Shown piece after piece: positions 57,293-60,507 of a DNA stretch of 60,507 bases. The stretch comes from an uncultured Gammaproteobacteria bacterium (lineage in GTDB: Bacteria; Patescibacteriota; Patescibacteriia; UBA1558; 2-01-FULL-52-15): the NCBI GenBank assembly GCA_964360835.1, contig CAYHYG010000001.1:3105-63611 (forward strand), read 5' to 3'. Made by a program: the position numbers and the translations under genes. Positions within the stretch are counted from its first letter, which is position 1, and every line of letters begins with the position of its first letter. Under the pieces are notes generated by a model. That model was not told the origin of the DNA, made no database searches, and saw only the letters and a program-made list of their open reading frames with translations.

Positions 57293-58915
57293 TTAGCCAA
57301 ATCGGCTGGTATGGACATTCCCAACAAACAGGCCAAGTGCCTGCAAAAACCCAAAAAGGAGGATAAATTGAAAAGATTCCTGCTCGTCCTGGTTGCTGTT
57401 CTGGCCCTCACCCCACTGGCTCAGGCCCAACCCCTCGTTTTCATGGGTGAGGATGGGTACTACCACGTGACCAAGCCGGGCGACAGTCTGTGGCGCGTCG
57501 TGAACACCTGTAGCATACTCAGCAAGCACCTGGCCCTGTTCATCGAAAAATATAGGCATAAAATCGGTCTGCATAAATAAGAAAAATGGTCCTTCCATTT
57601 CTTCAAAGGTTCCAGAAGTCGGCAACTTAATAGTAGCTATGGGCTGATGAGCATAGTAACTCAAAGTATCTCCTACTGGCCAAGCTAACTGATATAGCCG
57701 ATCACCTGCTTGATATTGTAAAGCTACCGTCTGGCCAATTTCTTTCAGTTCAGAATCAAAATAAAAATGAAGCATTGGCATAATACTAAGCCCTACTCGA
57801 TAGCCGAACAAACAGGCAAATCCTAGACCCAGTAGGCCACTGAAAACATATACTTTCTGCCACTGCGGTCGCCATTGTAAAACTAAATGATACAGCAGGT
57901 GCATACTGCATACTAGTGAAATAGCTATGAACGGATAAGCTGGCAAAACGTACGTCGGTATATGCGTTTTAAATAGAGAAAATAATATAATAACTACCAA
58001 GGCGGAGCCGAGCGACGCCAGCCATAACTTTTGTATAGTCTGATCGGACGTGATATGACGCCGCAATATGACTACCGCCACAGTTCCTACTATCCATAAA
58101 AAATACCAGGGCTGGGCTAATTTCCACAGCGTCAAGAAATAATCATACCAATGAATTTGCTGCAGACCGAAACCTTCTGACGCCCTTTGCAAAATGTTGA
58201 ACCCTAGATAGATCGACCAAAAATCTTGGCCATACAGCTTGGTCTGATATAGGTGCCAAGGAACAATAATTGTAAGCCCCAAAGCTAACCCATAATATAA
58301 CCACCGATTACGCAACCAATCCCACTGCCTATAGACGAATGAAAATACAAACAACATTGGTAGCACGCTTATTGTCGTCACACTTTTCGTCATTACTGCC
58401 AATCCTAATAGCGGACCGATCCAAATTGCAAATTGCTTCCGCTGCCAGCTAGCAACTAAAAAATACAAAGCAGAAATAAGCATAAGAATCAATAAACTAT
58501 CGACTCTTACTTGCCGCATGAGAATGTACCAATAAGGAATAGCCGTGAGCACCCCGATGGTCAGCACTGACCACCAACTACCAAGTCCTAATTTCCGTAT
58601 TAGAAGATACACCATCAGACAGATAAAGATAGCTCCCAATACTGATGGCAAACGCAAGGCCCATTCCTGTGGACCGAATAGTGTGACCGAACCCATAGCT
58701 AGCCAGAAATAAAGTGGTGGCTTCTCCAGCCACGGTTGACCCAAACGTTGCAGGGAAAAAATATTACCAGATTTCAGAGTATCTCTAGTTACCTGACCAT
58801 AAACTGCTTCATCGTAAGCAGTCAAAGGTAACTGATTAAGTTGCCAACAAAAAATAACGACACCAAGAATGATAATCGCTGCACCTACCCAGACTAATAC
58901 ACTACGACGACTCAT
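57293..58915 (-). CDS. GT39/ArnT-PMT family membrane glycosyltransferase (3' end uncertain)
   Basis: LTAYDEAVYGQV (DE motif loop) and more than 10 TM segments. The last ~96 codons are antisense to the small plus-strand gene and look non-native. Confidence 0.82.
   Translation of the reverse strand: MSRRSVLVWVGAAIIILGVVIFCWQLNQLPLTAYDEAVYGQVTRDTLKSGNIFSLQRLGQPWLEKPPLYFWLAMGSVTLFGPQEWALRLPSVLGAIFICLMVYLLIRKLGLGSWWSVLTIGVLTAIPYWYILMRQVRVDSLLILMLISALYFLVASWQRKQFAIWIGPLLGLAVMTKSVTTISVLPMLFVFSFVYRQWDWLRNRWLYYGLALGLTIIVPWHLYQTKLYGQDFWSIYLGFNILQRASEGFGLQQIHWYDYFLTLWKLAQPWYFLWIVGTVAVVILRRHITSDQTIQKLWLASLGSALVVIILFSLFKTHIPTYVLPAYPFIAISLVCSMHLLYHLVLQWRPQWQKVYVFSGLLGLGFACLFGYRVGLSIMPMLHFYFDSELKEIGQTVALQYQAGDRLYQLAWPVGDTLSYYAHQPIATIKLPTSGTFEEMEGPFFLFMQTDFMPIFFDEQGQVLAEYATGVHDAPQTVARLGHVVVPILTHENEGLGLSQWGEGQNSNQDEQESFQFILLFGFLQALGLFVGNVHTSRFG
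57368..57580 (+). CDS. 70-aa secreted peptide with a LysM-like half motif, antisense to the GT39 3' end
   Basis: AAGGAGG (57356-62) lies 5 nt before the TTG start. Signal peptide KRFLLVLVAVLALTPLAQA, then YHVTKPGDSLWRV. G+C-rich. Confidence 0.45.
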   Translation: MKRFLLVLVAVLALTPLAQAQPLVFMGEDGYYHVTKPGDSLWRVVNTCSILSKHLALFIEKYRHKIGLHK

Positions 58916-58924
58916 ACGAGCTGA

Positions 58925-59989
58925 TTACTCTTCCATCCTAGGTCTTTCCAGCATTGGCGACTCCTCAAGACCGCTTTCAACTTCTGTAATTTTCATAACA
59001 TCCTTATCAATTTTCTTAAATTCATTCTTTGTGACCTCATATGTCCCCACGACCGTATTCAACTGAGTACCTAATTTTTTATAGAACGCTTCATAGTTGA
59101 TTAGGTGTTTCTGCATTAGTTCAACATTCTTCTTTATTTGTTTGGCTGACTCATCAAATTTCAAAGCACGAAGACCGAAAAGAACAGTCTGTAAATATGC
59201 CAATAAATTGGTAGGTGAGACTATAATAACACGATACTTTGTGGCGGCACGCTGAATTAAGTTTTCGCTCGATTCATCCAGAGATCCGACTTTATTAATC
59301 AATAGATCATAATATATAGCCTCGTGAGGTATAAACATAAAAGCAAAATCTAATGTCCCTTTGTCTGGTCTAATATATTTTCCGGTCTCCTGAATTCTTT
59401 TTTTGAGATCATTCACAAAAACCTTTTCATACTTTTCCCTTTCTTCATTACTTACTGCCTCGACAAGACGATTATAATTTTCGATAGAGAACTTAGCATC
59501 AATCGGAATCAAGCCATCACTAGCCTTCACCACAGCATCGACTATGAGTTCTTGCCCTTCATCATCCTTACCTAAACGAAATTGAGTTTCATAGGCTTCT
59601 GGCGGTAAAACATTCTTTAATGTCTGTTCAAGAAAATATTCACCTAATATACCTCTCTGTTTAGGATTTTTTAAAATATCTTGCAAATTCTTTAACTGAT
59701 CGGCAAAATTTATTACCTGCTTATTTGTTTCCTCGAGTTTAGTCAACTGAGCTGCTGTCTCACGTGAGAGTTTCGATGTTTCAAAAAAATGATCCTGTAT
59801 TTGTTTTGCAGACATTCCCAACTTCTGATCCAAAGCTTTGTTCAAATCCTGTACCTGATTTTGTAGCAATAACATTGACTTATCGTCACTGGGTTTACCG
59901 AGACTCTGCAGACGATTGAGGATAATAATAATGCCAACAATCAAGATGATGGCCACTACTACTAAGGCGATAATAATTACTGTTTCCAT
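58925..59989 (-). CDS. rmuC: DNA recombination protein RmuC
   Basis: N-terminal TM, coiled coil and FAFMFIPHEAIYYDLL (RmuC nuclease-fold block). Confidence 0.88.
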   Translation of the reverse strand: METVIIIALVVVAIILIVGIIIILNRLQSLGKPSDDKSMLLLQNQVQDLNKALDQKLGMSAKQIQDHFFETSKLSRETAAQLTKLEETNKQVINFADQLKNLQDILKNPKQRGILGEYFLEQTLKNVLPPEAYETQFRLGKDDEGQELIVDAVVKASDGLIPIDAKFSIENYNRLVEAVSNEEREKYEKVFVNDLKKRIQETGKYIRPDKGTLDFAFMFIPHEAIYYDLLINKVGSLDESSENLIQRAATKYRVIIVSPTNLLAYLQTVLFGLRALKFDESAKQIKKNVELMQKHLINYEAFYKKLGTQLNTVVGTYEVTKNEFKKIDKDVMKITEVESGLEESPMLERPRMEE

Positions 59990-59998
59990 AATCGGATG

Positions 59999-60409
59999 TT
60001 ATAAATTAAACAATTTCTTCGCACTCTTCCCTGTCTGTTCGATCACCTCTTCCAAACTCATTCCTTTGATTTCGGCAATCTTTCTGGCCACTTCAATAAC
60101 ATAAATCGGCTCATTACGTTTACCGCGATATGGCTCAGGACTAAGGAAAGGAGCGTCTGTCTCTATCAAAATTTTGTCCAGTGAAACTTCCTTTATAATC
60201 TGCTCCAAAACACCAGTTTTGTCAAAAGTAATAATTCCAGTAATGCCAAGGTAATAGCCCAAGCGTGTAGCCTCGTGAGCTTCTATCAATGTGCCGCCAA
60301 AACAGTGGATAACGGCCCTCTCGACTGACCGTTCAGCCAGAAGCTTCATGATTCGTTGATAAGCCTCCGGTTCATCTTTACCATTGCGTCCATGGACTAT
60401 CAACGGCAA
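59999..60409 (-). CDS. TatD-family hydrolase, C-terminal part; the gene continues toward the window edge
   Basis: LPLIVHGR, IHCFGG and ETDAPFLSPEPYRGKRNEP. TatD-like sequence (QQETFEQQIILAQ) continues upstream to an in-frame TGA at 60497-60499. Confidence 0.85.
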   Translation of the reverse strand: MPLIVHGRNGKDEPEAYQRIMKLLAERSVERAVIHCFGGTLIEAHEATRLGYYLGITGIITFDKTGVLEQIIKEVSLDKILIETDAPFLSPEPYRGKRNEPIYVIEVARKIAEIKGMSLEEVIEQTGKSAKKLFNL

Positions 60410-60507
60410 ATTATTATCTTGGGCCAGGATTATCTGCTGTTCAAAGGTCTCCTGCTGTAGATCTTTAACCTGCTGACGTTCAGTCTGGTCTATCGGTCAA
60501 CGATAAA

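Overview
Gene-dense 60.5-kb bacterial chromosome segment, AT-rich by eye, made mostly of housekeeping operons. These are tsf-rpsB; rpmE-prfA-prmC; rplY; a SEDS protein; dnaE; T-box-thrS; miaB-miaA; gatB plus a 7-gene pyrimidine deoxynucleotide operon (tmk, tdk, hydrolase, long thyX, dut, P-loop kinase, dCMP deaminase); secE-nusG-rplK-rplA; gyrB; pheST; a UvrD-like helicase fused to a Cas4/AddB-type nuclease; a complete F1Fo atp operon; a GT39 glycosyltransferase; rmuC; and tatD, which runs off the edge. Tight gene packing, native genes without Shine-Dalgarno (SD) sequences, a CofE-like gene and a 561-aa ThyX suggest a reduced-genome, CPR/Patescibacteria-like organism; this is inference only. 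I recognised no rRNA, tRNA, CRISPR array, transposase or integrase. All protein calls rest on motifs read by eye from the ORF track, with no searches run. Five things stand out. (1) A SET-domain methyltransferase sits between atpA and atpG, and a beta-carbonic-anhydrase-like gene ends the atp operon. (2) A G+C-rich island (about 47860-49280) holds self-contained promoter/SD/terminator cassettes and a 287-nt terminator-bounded region carrying three perfect AAGGAGG boxes; similar strong-SD cassettes are scattered among the SD-less native genes. (3) Three dispersed repeat families occur: GTAAC/GTTAC heptamer arrays abutting stop codons and in frame inside the helicase gene, GTAGGGACA palindromes, and CGTCTG[AC]CG-core palindromes including an in-frame structured insert in miaA. 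(4) There is an orphan HEAT-like protein with a clan-CD-like His/Cys domain, and a CofE-like/RibD_C/membrane/ATP-grasp operon. (5) A decaying AT-rich accessory patch at the left edge has three genes broken at poly-A runs.
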